This document shows, piece by piece, positions 8,421 through 18,073 of a DNA stretch of 64,000 nt. Source of the DNA: Myxococcota bacterium (lineage in GTDB: Bacteria; Myxococcota_A; Polyangia; Polyangiales; Sandaracinaceae); the NCBI GenBank assembly GCA_036149055.1, contig JAYZQJ010000089.1, positions 1-64,000 on the forward strand. Reading direction: 5' to 3'. The position numbers and the translations under genes were made by a program. Positions within the stretch are counted from its first letter, which is position 1. The number at the start of each line of letters is the position of its first letter. The notes under the pieces were generated by a model, which ran no database searches, was not told where the DNA came from, and saw nothing but the letters and a program-made list of their open reading frames with translations.

Positions 8421-10318
8421 TCCCCCTGGTCCGCAAGGAGCTGCGCGCGCTGTGGCCGCTGTTCGCGGTGAGCTGCCTCGTCCTCAGCGGCGACCTGCTC
8501 TACCGGCCGCTCACCGAGGCGCTCGACCAGGCGACCTGGGAGAGCATCGCGAGCTACCTGCGGCCGGGCGAGGGCTCGGGCATGGGCTGGTTCGTGATCC
8601 CGCTGGCGGTGAGCGTCGCCTACGCCGCGTTCCCGCGCGAGCACGACGAGAACACCATCGCGCTCCTCCGCGCGCTGCCGATCCGACCGAGCGCCATCTT
8701 CCTCGCCAAGGCGCTGGCGGGCATGACCGTGCTGACCGCGGCGCTCGCGGTGCTGATGGTGACCGACGGCCTGCAGAGCGGCCTGAACGACGCGTCGCTC
8801 TCGGGCGGGCACTGGCGCGCGTCGCTCGCGCTCAGCCACCTCTTCGTGCAGGTGCTGTTCGCCTTCGTGGTCTACGCGCACGGGTTGCTCGCGTCGGTCC
8901 TGCGGCTGTTCGGTCTGCTCCCCTACGCGGTGGTGTTGATGGCCGGCGCGATCCTGGAGGACCGCTTCCCGCCCGCCGCCTGGGTGGATCCGACCGAGCT
9001 GCTCGAGGCCCGCTACGAGGGAGGCTCGCTCGTCATCCCGTGGGGCCCGCTCGCCGCGCACCTCGGGCTCGCGTGCGTCGCCTTCGTCGCCGCCGGCGTC
9101 TCGTGGCTGGGGCCGGGCGACCGGGTGTCGAAGGGCTTCGAGCGGGTGCGCGCGACCCTGCTGGGCAAGGCCGCGATGGGCTGCGTCGGCGCGCTGATCC
9201 TGCTCGCGCTCGCCGTGCTCTCGGTGCTGACCTTCGACGCGTCGGACGCGCCGCCGGCCGATCCGGCCGCGCCGACCGCGACGCCTTCGCTCGAGACGGC
9301 CGAGGGCCGCACCGCTCGCTACGTCTACACCTATCCGGTGAGCCACCGCGATCGCGCCGAGCGGCTGATGGCGGGCGCCGACGCGCTGCACGCCGCGCTC
9401 GCGTCCCGCCTCGGCGCCGATCCCGGGCCGCCGCTGATCGCGGACCTCACCGAGGTCAGCGCCGACCACCTCGGCATCGCCAGCTGGACGCACCTGCGGG
9501 TGGGGCTGGTGCAGGAGGAGGACTTCACGCGGCTGCGCCGCACTTTCGCGCACGAGACCGCGCACGCGTTCCAGCATCGGCTGAGCGAGCGCGGGACGGG
9601 GCGCCACGCGCGGGCCATGCGCTTCTTCACCGAGGGCTCGGCGGAGTGGCTCGCCTACGAGGTCGTGCCCGGCCCCGAGGAGCGGGCGCGCGCCCGGCGC
9701 GTGGGCGCGCTCGCGTGGTCGCGGCACCGCATGCGCCCCGAGGATCTCCAGGACGACGAGCGGCTGCGGGCTCGCTACGACACGACCCTCGTCTACACGC
9801 TCGGCGAGCTCTGGACCGACGCGCTGGTCGCGCGCTGCGGGGCGGGCGCGGTGGGCGACGTGCTGCGCGCGAGCGCCGAGGACGTGGCCGGCGGGGTGTC
9901 GCCGCGGGTCCTCTGGGACGAGCTGCTGGGCCGGGTCGGCTGCGATCTCGAGGCGGTCGACGCGGCGTTCGTGGCCCGCGTCGGCGAGGCGCTCGCGGCC
10001 GATCCGGACGCGGTCGCCGCCGCGCCGCGGCTCGGCGGCGGCGTGGTCGATCGCAGCCGCGGCCGGCTCACCCTCGCCGCGCGGCTCGATCGCGACCTGC
10101 CCGAGGGCTGGGAGGTCCTGGCCAAGATCCGGAGCGGCCCCGAGGCCTCGGACACCCAGGTGGTGACGCTCCGCGGGCGACACGAGGGACCTCGCCGGGT
10201 GACGTTCTCCGTGCCGACCGCGCTGGTCCCGGCGGCCCGCTTCGAGGTCGCCTTCGGCGTGCGCGATCCCGCCGGCCACTGGGCCTTCTTCGAGCGCTGG
10301 CAGCCCGCTACGCGATGA
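8417..10318 (+). CDS. ABC-2 type permease fused to gluzincin (MA clan) metallopeptidase domain
   Basis: GTG start overlapping the upstream stop (GTGA). LVRKELRALWP and REHDENTIALLRALPI permease motifs. HETAH, then FFTEGSAE, then a distal Tyr (LVYTLG). Confidence 0.82.
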   Translation: MIPLVRKELRALWPLFAVSCLVLSGDLLYRPLTEALDQATWESIASYLRPGEGSGMGWFVIPLAVSVAYAAFPREHDENTIALLRALPIRPSAIFLAKALAGMTVLTAALAVLMVTDGLQSGLNDASLSGGHWRASLALSHLFVQVLFAFVVYAHGLLASVLRLFGLLPYAVVLMAGAILEDRFPPAAWVDPTELLEARYEGGSLVIPWGPLAAHLGLACVAFVAAGVSWLGPGDRVSKGFERVRATLLGKAAMGCVGALILLALAVLSVLTFDASDAPPADPAAPTATPSLETAEGRTARYVYTYPVSHRDRAERLMAGADALHAALASRLGADPGPPLIADLTEVSADHLGIASWTHLRVGLVQEEDFTRLRRTFAHETAHAFQHRLSERGTGRHARAMRFFTEGSAEWLAYEVVPGPEERARARRVGALAWSRHRMRPEDLQDDERLRARYDTTLVYTLGELWTDALVARCGAGAVGDVLRASAEDVAGGVSPRVLWDELLGRVGCDLEAVDAAFVARVGEALAADPDAVAAAPRLGGGVVDRSRGRLTLAARLDRDLPEGWEVLAKIRSGPEASDTQVVTLRGRHEGPRRVTFSVPTALVPAARFEVAFGVRDPAGHWAFFERWQPATR

Positions 10319-10485
10319 CTTGTCGGGCAGGGGCGGGTCCGCCCCCGCCCCCCCGCTGCGCCGGCACAACGGCACGCGACTCCGGGCGCATCCGCGCCCT
10401 ACGCACGCGCCCCTGTACCGGCTTGTCTGCCACTTCTCGAGTCGTCCTTTGCCACGGCCCCGACCGGTTCTAGGTGCTCTCGCGA

Positions 10486-12129
10486 ATGCGACGCGTCGCC
10501 TGGAGCGTGCTCTCGATCGGTCTGACCCTGTCCGCCTGCGGCGGCGCGGGGCTGGTCCGCATGCCGCAGCGGCCGGTGGTCTGGGAGGACGACGACCGCG
10601 CTCCGTTCTCGCCGCGGCCGCCCGACCGCTACGTCAGCTGGCGCGGCGACGCGGTGGATCACCTCATCCTCCGGCCGGCCTCCGAGGTCTGGACGCTGCC
10701 GGTCGACCAGGAGGCGGTGAACGTCAACGCGTGGGACGAGGTCCCCGACTCGAGCTGGTTCCAGAACCGCATGGGTCGTTACCAGCTCTCGCCCGAGGAG
10801 CTCGCGCGGGCGGCCTGCGACGCGGTGCGCCCCTCGGCGCCGACCCCCTGGACGGTGGTGGCGGGCAAGCCGGACGGCTCGCACCCCGGGCTCACCATCG
10901 AGGACGCGGCCGGCGTGCGCTACCTGCTCAAGACCGACGGCGAGCTCCAGCCCGAGCGCGCGACCGCGGCCGACGCGATCGGCGCGGCGCTCTACTGGGG
11001 AGCCGGGTACGCGACGCCGTGCAACCGGGTGCAGTGGGTGACCCGCGAGGACCTCGTCATGGACCCCGAGGCCCGGGTCGAGATGACCAACGGCGCCGAG
11101 CGCGCGCTGACCGAGGACGACATCGAGATCGTGCTCCGGAGCGCGGGCCGGGGGCCGGACGGGCGCTTCCGGGTCGGGCTCAGTCGCTTCTTCGAGCACG
11201 AGCCGATCGGCCCGTGGAGCTACGAGGGGCTGCTCGAGGCGGACCCCAACGACGCGGTGCCGCACGAGCTCCGGCGGGAGCTCCGCGGCGGCTACCTGCT
11301 CGCCGCCTGGACCGGGCACATCGACGTGCGGCAGGAGAACACGCTCGCGGTGTGGCGCGAGACCGGGGGCGGGCTGGGCTACGTGGAGCACCGCTTCGTC
11401 GACTTCGGCGACTGCTTCGGTGTCACCATCCCGAACGACCGGATGAGCCGCCGGTTCGAGCACGATCATTACCTGAACCTCGGCAACCTGCTGCTCGACA
11501 CCGTCACCGCCGGGGTGATCGAGCGCCCCTGGCAGCACGGGCGCGGCGGGGTGGGCGAGACGCTCGGCTACTTCGGCGCCGAGCGCTTTCGGCCCGAGGA
11601 GTGGGCGCCCGGCTACCCGAACCCCGCGTTCGACGCGCGCACCGAGCATGACGACGCGTGGATGGCCCGCATCCTCGCGCGCTTCTCCCCGGCGCACGTG
11701 CGGGCCGCGGTGTCGGTGGGGGAGCTCTCTCCGAACGCACGTCGACGGCTGGCGGAGGTGCTGATCGAGCGCCGACGCATGATCCTGGAGCGCTACCTCA
11801 CCCGGCTCTCGCCCCTCGCCTGGCCGCGCAGCGAGGGCGGCCGCGTCTGCTTCGAGGACATGGCGGTGACCGCCGGCGTCGCCGACGCGGCCGAGCGCGA
11901 GTACGCGGCTCGCCTGGTGATGAGCGAGCCGCTCCGCCCGCCCGACCGGCTCGAGGTTCAGGCCGAGGCCGGACCCTGCGTGGTGCTCCCGGAGGGGCTG
12001 TCCTACGTGGCGATCGACGTGTCGTCGCGCTCTCGCGGGCGCGAGCCGACGCTCCCCATCCGGGCGCACGTCTACGATGGCGTGGTCTACGGGCTCGAGC
12101 GGTTGAGGGACGCCGGGGGGCCGTGGTGA
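10486..12129 (+). CDS. Lipoprotein with atypical protein-kinase-like (PI3K/PI4K/HipA/CotH-like) fold
   Basis: Lipobox LTLSAC. YLLKTD (beta3 Lys), PERATA (alphaC Glu), HIDVRQENT (catalytic D..N), FVDFG. Confidence 0.7.
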   Translation: MRRVAWSVLSIGLTLSACGGAGLVRMPQRPVVWEDDDRAPFSPRPPDRYVSWRGDAVDHLILRPASEVWTLPVDQEAVNVNAWDEVPDSSWFQNRMGRYQLSPEELARAACDAVRPSAPTPWTVVAGKPDGSHPGLTIEDAAGVRYLLKTDGELQPERATAADAIGAALYWGAGYATPCNRVQWVTREDLVMDPEARVEMTNGAERALTEDDIEIVLRSAGRGPDGRFRVGLSRFFEHEPIGPWSYEGLLEADPNDAVPHELRRELRGGYLLAAWTGHIDVRQENTLAVWRETGGGLGYVEHRFVDFGDCFGVTIPNDRMSRRFEHDHYLNLGNLLLDTVTAGVIERPWQHGRGGVGETLGYFGAERFRPEEWAPGYPNPAFDARTEHDDAWMARILARFSPAHVRAAVSVGELSPNARRRLAEVLIERRRMILERYLTRLSPLAWPRSEGGRVCFEDMAVTAGVADAAEREYAARLVMSEPLRPPDRLEVQAEAGPCVVLPEGLSYVAIDVSSRSRGREPTLPIRAHVYDGVVYGLERLRDAGGPW

Positions 12130-13577
12130 TGCGGTGGCTGTGGATCTGCGCGTGGCTGGGCCTCGCGATTCCGGGGGTGGCGCTCGGGCAAGACGAAGCG
12201 ACGGGCTCCGAGGGCGACGCCGCGGTCGAAGCCGAGGCCGAGACCGAGTCCGAGTCCGAGTCCGAAACCGAGACCGAGACTGAGACCGAGACCGAGACCG
12301 AGTCCGAAGCCGAAGCCGAGTCCGCGTCGGTGACGCCGCCGCCGCGGCGGCCGATCCCGGACTATGGGCGGCCGCCGGTTCGGCGGGACCCGGCGGAAGC
12401 GCTGCTCTGGATCCCGCGGGTGCTCTTCTTTCCGATCCACCTCTTCATGGAGTACGTCGTCCGGCAGCCGGTCGGGTGGCTGCTGCGCACGCTCGAGCAG
12501 AGCAACGTGGACGGGGCGACGCTCGACCCGCCGGATCTGCACCCGGACGGCTGGCGGTGGGGGATCGCGCCGCACGTGCGCTACGACGAGGGCTTCGTGC
12601 CGAGCCTCGGGCTGTCGCTCTGGGCCAACGAGCGAGGCGGCCAAGGTCGCTTCCGGGTGGGCGCCGACGCGTGGGGCACCGACCGGCTCGGCGGGTGGCT
12701 CGCGCTCGAGAGCGTCGGCGGCGACTTCGAGGGCGGGCTCGCGATGGCCGGCGGGTGGCGCATCGACAACGTCTTCCACGGCTTCGGCTGGGACAGCGCG
12801 GCCGAAGACCGGGTCCGCTACGCGCGCGGCCACGTCTCCACTCGCCTGCGAGGGCGGCAGCGCGTCTGGCGCGGCAGCTTCGTCGAGGCGGGCACGCGGC
12901 TGTCGGTGCAGCGCTTCGAGGAGACCGAGTTCGACCAGGACGCGATCGCCGCGCCGGGGGAGCTGACCGAGCTGCCGGGGTGGCCGGGGCTCACCGCGCT
13001 CGAGGCCTTCGCCCGGCTGCGCTTCGACACCCGCGACGGCGAAGACGAGCGCTTCGACAGCGGGCTCGGCGTGCAGGTCGACGGCGGCTGGGCGCTCGAC
13101 GCGGAGACCGGCCCGAGCCGCAGCTGGGCCCGGGTCGACGTGTCGGTGGAGGCGCAGGTCGAGGTGCGGCACGACCGGACGCTCGCCCTGCGCGGCCGGG
13201 TGGAGATGGTCGAGCCGCTCGGCGCCGCGGACGTGCCGTTCACCGAGCAGATCGTGCTCGGCGGCGATCTCGAGCGCATGCCCGGCTTCCTCTACGGACG
13301 GCTCCACGGCCGGAGCGCCGCCTCGCTGGGCCTGGCCTGGCGCTACGCCGTGTGGTCCTGGATGGACGCCTCGATCTTCGCCGACGTGGGCAACGTCTTC
13401 GGCGCCGGCCTCGAGGACTTCGACGTGGAGCGGCTCCGGCTCTCGGTCGGCATCGCGCTGCAGTCCACCCAGCCGCGCTACTTCACCCTGCTCGTCGCGA
13501 TGGGCACCGAGCCGTTCGCGCTCGGCACGCACATCACCTCGGGGCGCTTCGCCCTCGGCTTCGGCGTGCTGCCCTGA
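12129..13577 (+). CDS. Omp85/BamA-TamA-like outer-membrane beta-barrel without obvious POTRA domains
   Basis: Signal peptide, acidic repeat, amphipathic beta strands. RLRFDTRD, LGGDLERMPGF (VRGF-like lid loop), IFADVGNVF, LRLSVGIAL. TGATG coupling to the upstream gene. Confidence 0.8.
   Translation: MRWLWICAWLGLAIPGVALGQDEATGSEGDAAVEAEAETESESESETETETETETETESEAEAESASVTPPPRRPIPDYGRPPVRRDPAEALLWIPRVLFFPIHLFMEYVVRQPVGWLLRTLEQSNVDGATLDPPDLHPDGWRWGIAPHVRYDEGFVPSLGLSLWANERGGQGRFRVGADAWGTDRLGGWLALESVGGDFEGGLAMAGGWRIDNVFHGFGWDSAAEDRVRYARGHVSTRLRGRQRVWRGSFVEAGTRLSVQRFEETEFDQDAIAAPGELTELPGWPGLTALEAFARLRFDTRDGEDERFDSGLGVQVDGGWALDAETGPSRSWARVDVSVEAQVEVRHDRTLALRGRVEMVEPLGAADVPFTEQIVLGGDLERMPGFLYGRLHGRSAASLGLAWRYAVWSWMDASIFADVGNVFGAGLEDFDVERLRLSVGIALQSTQPRYFTLLVAMGTEPFALGTHITSGRFALGFGVLP
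12228..12323 (+). repeat. Hexamer microsatellite (CCGAGT/CCGAGA-type, 16 units) encoding E(T/S/A) dipeptide repeat
   Basis: Read directly; encodes EAEAETESESESETETETETETETESEAEAES. Confidence 0.95.
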
Positions 13578-13580
13578 CCC

Positions 13581-14273
13581 TCAGGTCACCAGCTTGTAGC
13601 CGACGCCGTAGACGGTGAGGATGTGCTTGGGCTCCTCGGGCTTCGGCTCGAGCTTCTTGCGCAGCTTGACGATGAAGTTGTCGACGGTGCGGTTGTTGGG
13701 GGACGCCTCGATGCCCCAGACCTTGTCGAGGATCTCGTCGCGCGTGACCGGGGTGCCGGCGCGCTCGTGCAGGAACTTCAGGAGCTGCACCTCGTAGAAG
13801 CTCAGCTTCGTCTCGCTCCGGCCGCGCCGCAGGGTCTGGGCGGTGGGATCGATCTCCGCGTCGCCGATCTGGATGGGCGCGTCGGGCCGGGTCGAGCGGT
13901 TCATGCGCCGGAAGATCGCCCGGATGCGCGCGACCAGCTCGCCCACGCTGAAGGGCTTGGTCACGTAGTCGTCGGCGCCCACGTCGAGGCCGCGGATCTT
14001 GTCGGCCTCCTGGCTGCGGGCGGTGAGCATGATGATCGGCACCAGCGGGTCGTCGCGGCGCAGCTGCTCGCAGACCTTGTAGCCGTTGGTGTCCGGCAGC
14101 ATCAGGTCGAGGATGATGCAGTCCGGGTGGTCGCTGCGCGCGGCGTGGATGCCCTCTTGCCCGGTCCGGGCGTGCCGGACCTCGAAGCCCTCGAACTCGA
14201 GCGTGTCGCAGAGGCCGAGCGCGAGGCTGGGGTCGTCCTCGACGAGCAGGATCCTGGGCGCGGCGGTCGCCAT
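13581..14273 (-). CDS. OmpR/PhoB family response regulator
   Basis: ILLVEDD, LDLMLP, MLTA, YVTKPF. Winged helix [15 protein letters not shown]...TVYGVGY. Confidence 0.95.
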   Translation of the reverse strand: MATAAPRILLVEDDPSLALGLCDTLEFEGFEVRHARTGQEGIHAARSDHPDCIILDLMLPDTNGYKVCEQLRRDDPLVPIIMLTARSQEADKIRGLDVGADDYVTKPFSVGELVARIRAIFRRMNRSTRPDAPIQIGDAEIDPTAQTLRRGRSETKLSFYEVQLLKFLHERAGTPVTRDEILDKVWGIEASPNNRTVDNFIVKLRKKLEPKPEEPKHILTVYGVGYKLVT

Positions 14274-14321
14274 GCGGGCGCACGATACCACGCTCGCGAC
14301 CCTGCTCGCGCGGGACGAAGT

Positions 14322-15980
14322 CTACTCGGCGGCGGCCGGCGCCTCTCCGTCCTCGCGCTCGTCATCGCCGTCGGGCGGGGCGACGCTCGGGCGCGGCGGG
14401 GCGTCGCTGGCGCGGCCGCTGCGCTCGTCGTCGTCCTCGTCGCCGCCCCAGTCCCGGATGGGCAAGGAGAAGGTCACGACCGCGCCGCCGTCCTCGTGGT
14501 TCTCCGCCCAGGACTTGCCGCCGTGGTCGTCGACGATGCGGCGGACGAGGGCGAGGCCGATGCCCGAGCCGCGGGTGTCCGCGTCGCGTCGCACCCGGTA
14601 GAAGCGGTCGAAGACGCGGCGGTGCTCCCCGTCCGGGATCCCGGGGCCGTGGTCGCGCACCCGCACGTAGACGTGGCGCCGGCCGCGCTCGAGCGTGACC
14701 TCGATCGGGCCCTCGGCGCCGCCGTACTTCACGGCGTTGTCGAGGAGGTTCATCGTCGCCAGCAGGATGGCCTGCTCGTCGAAGCGCATCGGCGGCACGT
14801 CGCCCCGCTCGCTGAGCAGCACCTCGACGCCCTCGCGCTCGAGCCGGTAGCGGAAGGTCTCGATCGCGCGCTGCACGACGTCGCGGAGATCCGCCTCCCG
14901 CATCTGGTAAGATTGCTTGCCTCGCTCGATCGCCGAGAAGTCGAGCACGTTCTCGATGAGCGCGCTGAGCCGCTCCGACTCGCGGCAGATGATCTCGAGG
15001 TACTGCTGCGCCTTCTCCTCCGAGCGCACGCGCTTGCTGAGGAGCATCTCGGAGAACATGCGCACCACGCTCAGCGGCGTCTTCAGCTCGTGGCTGACGT
15101 TCGCGACGAACTCCGTGCGGAGCTGGTTGAGCCGGCTCTCCTTCGTGGCGGCGTAGATGAGGAAGAGCACGCCGAGGAGGATGATCAGGAACGACAGCCC
15201 GACGAGGCCGACCTCGGTGACGAAGCCGCTGCGCCGGCGCGCGGCCAGGAGCGGCGCCTGCTTGGGCGCGATCTGGAGCCGCCAGTTGTAGAGCGTGGTC
15301 GGGAAACGCCGCCCGACGAGGTAGTCGCCCGAGCGGCTCAGGTTGGGCCCGTAGATGCGGTGGTTGTCCTCGTCGACGACGTTGTAGCTCCCCTCCTCGG
15401 TCACGAAGAGCGAGGGGAAGACCTGCCGCACGAAGTAGCCGGTGTCGTGGTGCGCGACGAGGTAGAAGCGCCGGCCGCGGTGCCGCACCGCCTCGTAGCT
15501 GATGAGGTAGCTGCGCTCCGCGTAGTTCCGGTGCAGGTGCCGGAGCTGGCCCACCCGCCGCCGCTCGAGCTCGAGGTCCGGGAGGATGCGCTCCAGGAAC
15601 ACCTTGAGGAAGTCGCGCCGCTCCCGCGCGCCGCCCCGCGACGCCGAGCCGATCACGTTGCCGCCGTCGTCGACCACCACCATCGCGCGCACGCTCGGGC
15701 TGATCCGCTCGGCGAGCGGCACCCAGCGCTCCTCAAGCGAGTCGAGGTCGTCGAAGTTCACCAGGTGGAAGACCGCGTTGTCCGCCTGGATGATCTGCTG
15801 CTCGACCCGGTCGACCTTCTCGTCGACCAGGAGCACCGTCGACTGCACGATGGACTGCTCGCCGAGCGCGGCGAACTGGGCGGCGGACTGATACGCGTAG
15901 TAGCCGAGGATGCCGGCCGCCACCGCGATGGTGGGCAGCACGCCCCAGTAGATCAGCCTCGACCGCCAGCCGCCATCCAT
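14322..15980 (-). CDS. Membrane sensor histidine kinase
   Basis: Two TM segments around a periplasmic domain. H-box [30 protein letters not shown]. Confidence 0.95.
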   Translation of the reverse strand: MDGGWRSRLIYWGVLPTIAVAAGILGYYAYQSAAQFAALGEQSIVQSTVLLVDEKVDRVEQQIIQADNAVFHLVNFDDLDSLEERWVPLAERISPSVRAMVVVDDGGNVIGSASRGGARERRDFLKVFLERILPDLELERRRVGQLRHLHRNYAERSYLISYEAVRHRGRRFYLVAHHDTGYFVRQVFPSLFVTEEGSYNVVDEDNHRIYGPNLSRSGDYLVGRRFPTTLYNWRLQIAPKQAPLLAARRRSGFVTEVGLVGLSFLIILLGVLFLIYAATKESRLNQLRTEFVANVSHELKTPLSVVRMFSEMLLSKRVRSEEKAQQYLEIICRESERLSALIENVLDFSAIERGKQSYQMREADLRDVVQRAIETFRYRLEREGVEVLLSERGDVPPMRFDEQAILLATMNLLDNAVKYGGAEGPIEVTLERGRRHVYVRVRDHGPGIPDGEHRRVFDRFYRVRRDADTRGSGIGLALVRRIVDDHGGKSWAENHEDGGAVVTFSLPIRDWGGDEDDDERSGRASDAPPRPSVAPPDGDDEREDGEAPAAAE

Positions 15981-16013
15981 GGCCCGCTCAACATAGCCCG
16001 CAGGCGGCGGGGG

Positions 16014-16997
16014 CTACAGCGCGCCGTCGAGGATCCAGGTCGGATCGGCGAAGTCGGGGGTCGTGAAGTTGCCGAGCACGCCGATGTGCCCGCGGGCCGC
16101 GTAGTCGATGACGAACTGCCCCGACTCGTCCAGGCGCCAGTAGGCCACGAGCCCGGGGACGGCGCCGGAGATGCGGGTGCCGACGTTGCTCGAGATCGAG
16201 GCGCTCGAGCGCGCGACCCGCCACACCCTCACCTCGTCCACGTCCACGTCGGCGAAGCCGCAGCGGAAGGGGCGGTCGTTGAAGGAGTCGATGAGGCCCG
16301 GCATGCCGGGCTCGGTGCGCACGTAGACGCCGTCGACGTAGAGGTCGAGGTCGTGCCCGGCCGGCACGGGGCGCACGACGAGCGCGAGGTGGACCCAGGC
16401 GCCGGGCCGCACGCTGGTCCCGGTGACGAGGTGCTCCACCCCCGCGAGCTCCCAGCCCATGACGTAGCGGTCGGCCCGCTGGCCGACGAGCAGGTGGCGC
16501 GACGTCGCGTCGCCCTTCGCGCAGAAGTCCGCGTCGCCGACCTCGCGGGTGCGCACCCAGACCTCGAAGGTGTGCTCGAACGAGGTGTCGAACGGGGGCG
16601 CGTCGTCGACGGTGAAGAAGGTGCCCGGGCCGAAGCGCAGGGCCGGGCGCGGGGGGCCGGTGTCGATGCCCGAGTCGATCCCCGAGTCGATCCCGGAGTC
16701 GAAGCCGCTGTCGCGGGGCGGCCCGGCGTCGCGCGGAGGCGGGACCACGGCGTCCCGCGGCGGTCCGGCGTCGAGCGGCGGGGGCGGGCCCACGTCGAAG
16801 GGAGGCGGCGGCTCGGCGTCGAGGGGCGGAGGCGGCGCGGAGTCGAAGGGCGGCGGCGCGCCGTCGAAGGGCGGCGGCGCGGCGTCGAAGGGCGGCGGCG
16901 CGGCGTCGCGGGGCGGCGGGGGCGCTCCGCCGACGCGATCGTGGCTGCCGTAGCAAGCGACGAGGAGAACAGCGGCGAGGGGGATCCAGGGGCGCAC
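16014..16997 (-). CDS. LamG/ConA-like lectin domain lipoprotein with Pro/Asp-rich repeat stalk
   Basis: Probable GTG start (VRPWIPL), lipobox LLVAC. TFEVWVR, WVHLALV, LYVDG, VDEVRVW, GLVAYWRLDE. Confidence 0.85.
   Translation of the reverse strand: MRPWIPLAAVLLVACYGSHDRVGGAPPPPRDAAPPPFDAAPPPFDGAPPPFDSAPPPPLDAEPPPPFDVGPPPPLDAGPPRDAVVPPPRDAGPPRDSGFDSGIDSGIDSGIDTGPPRPALRFGPGTFFTVDDAPPFDTSFEHTFEVWVRTREVGDADFCAKGDATSRHLLVGQRADRYVMGWELAGVEHLVTGTSVRPGAWVHLALVVRPVPAGHDLDLYVDGVYVRTEPGMPGLIDSFNDRPFRCGFADVDVDEVRVWRVARSSASISSNVGTRISGAVPGLVAYWRLDESGQFVIDYAARGHIGVLGNFTTPDFADPTWILDGAL
16655..16925 (-). repeat. Imperfect tandem repeats encoding DxxPPP(P)F/L and DSGI units
   Basis: 21-24 bp units (e.g. ggcggcggcgcggcgtcgaag) and 12 bp units encoding DSGFDSGIDSGIDSGIDTG. 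Confidence 0.9.
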
Positions 16998-17006
16998 GGC
17001 GGGGCC

Positions 17007-17050
17007 GACTGTAGCCGAACCCACCGTCGTGCGCCCGAGCTGCTACAGTC
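17007..17050. promoter_or_regulatory. Back-to-back putative -10 elements (TACAGT on each strand) forming a 9-bp inverted repeat
   Basis: GACTGTAGC (17007-17015) and GCTACAGTC (17042-17050). The TACAGT boxes lie 10 nt and 7 nt before the two divergent start codons. Confidence 0.6.
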
Positions 17051-17056
17051 CCCCAC

Positions 17057-18073
17057 ATGAGCACCGTACGTGCGGCGGTCTTGGGCGCCGGGTCCTGGGG
17101 GACCGCGCTCGCGAAGCTCCTGGCGGACAACGGCCACGAGGTCTGGCTCTGGGCGCGGCGCGAGGAGCAGGCCTCGGCCCTGAACGAGAAGCGGGAGAAC
17201 GAGGCCTATCTCCCCGACTTCCCGCTGCCCGACAACCTCCGCGCGACCTCGTCGCTCGAAGAGGCGCTCTCCGGCTCGAAGCTCGTGCTCAGCGTCATCC
17301 CGACCCACGGCCTCCGGCACGTGCTCGGGGAGGCCAGCGCGCTCTTCCCGGAGGACGCGCCCATCCTGAGCTGCACGAAGGGCATCGAGAACTCGACCCT
17401 CCAGCTGGTGTCGCAGATCTTCGAGGAGCACCTGCCGAAGGACCGCCACCGGCTGCTCAGCTACCTCACCGGGCCGAGCTTCGCGCGGGAGGTCGCCGCC
17501 CGCATGCCCACCGCGGTGACCGTCGCCGGGCACGTCGAGGAGACCACCGAGCGGGTCCAGGCGCTGATGGGGAACCCCTACTTCCGCGTCTACACCACCG
17601 ACGACGTGGTCGGCGCCGAGCTGGGCGGGGCGCTCAAGAACGTCATCGCCATCGCGGCCGGGGTCGGCGACGGGCTCGGCCTCGGTCACAACAGCCGCGC
17701 CGCGATCATCACCCGCGGGCTCGCCGAGATCGGCCGCCTCGGGGTGCACATGGGCGCCCACCCGATGACGGTCAACGGGCTGGCCGGCATGGGCGACCTC
17801 GTCCTGACCTGCACCGGCGACCTCAGCCGCAACCGGCGGGTCGGCCTCGCGCTCGGCAAGGGGCAGCGCCTCGACGACATCCTCGCCGGCATGAACATGG
17901 TGGCCGAGGGCGTGCGCACCACCCGGAGCGCCCACGAACTCGCCCGACGCGAGGGCGTGGAGATGCCGATCACCGCCGCGATGTACCGGATCATGTACGA
18001 GGATCAGCCGCCCCAGGAGGCGGTCGCCGACCTCATGACCCGCCGGCTGCGCGCCGAGCGAGATGATGAATGA
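17057..18073 (+). CDS. gpsA: NAD(P)H-dependent glycerol-3-phosphate dehydrogenase
   Basis: GAGSWGTALA, CTKGIE, GPSFA, GGALKNVIAIAAG, GLAGMGDLVLTC, SRN, VAEG. Confidence 0.97.
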   Translation: MSTVRAAVLGAGSWGTALAKLLADNGHEVWLWARREEQASALNEKRENEAYLPDFPLPDNLRATSSLEEALSGSKLVLSVIPTHGLRHVLGEASALFPEDAPILSCTKGIENSTLQLVSQIFEEHLPKDRHRLLSYLTGPSFAREVAARMPTAVTVAGHVEETTERVQALMGNPYFRVYTTDDVVGAELGGALKNVIAIAAGVGDGLGLGHNSRAAIITRGLAEIGRLGVHMGAHPMTVNGLAGMGDLVLTCTGDLSRNRRVGLALGKGQRLDDILAGMNMVAEGVRTTRSAHELARREGVEMPITAAMYRIMYEDQPPQEAVADLMTRRLRAERDDE

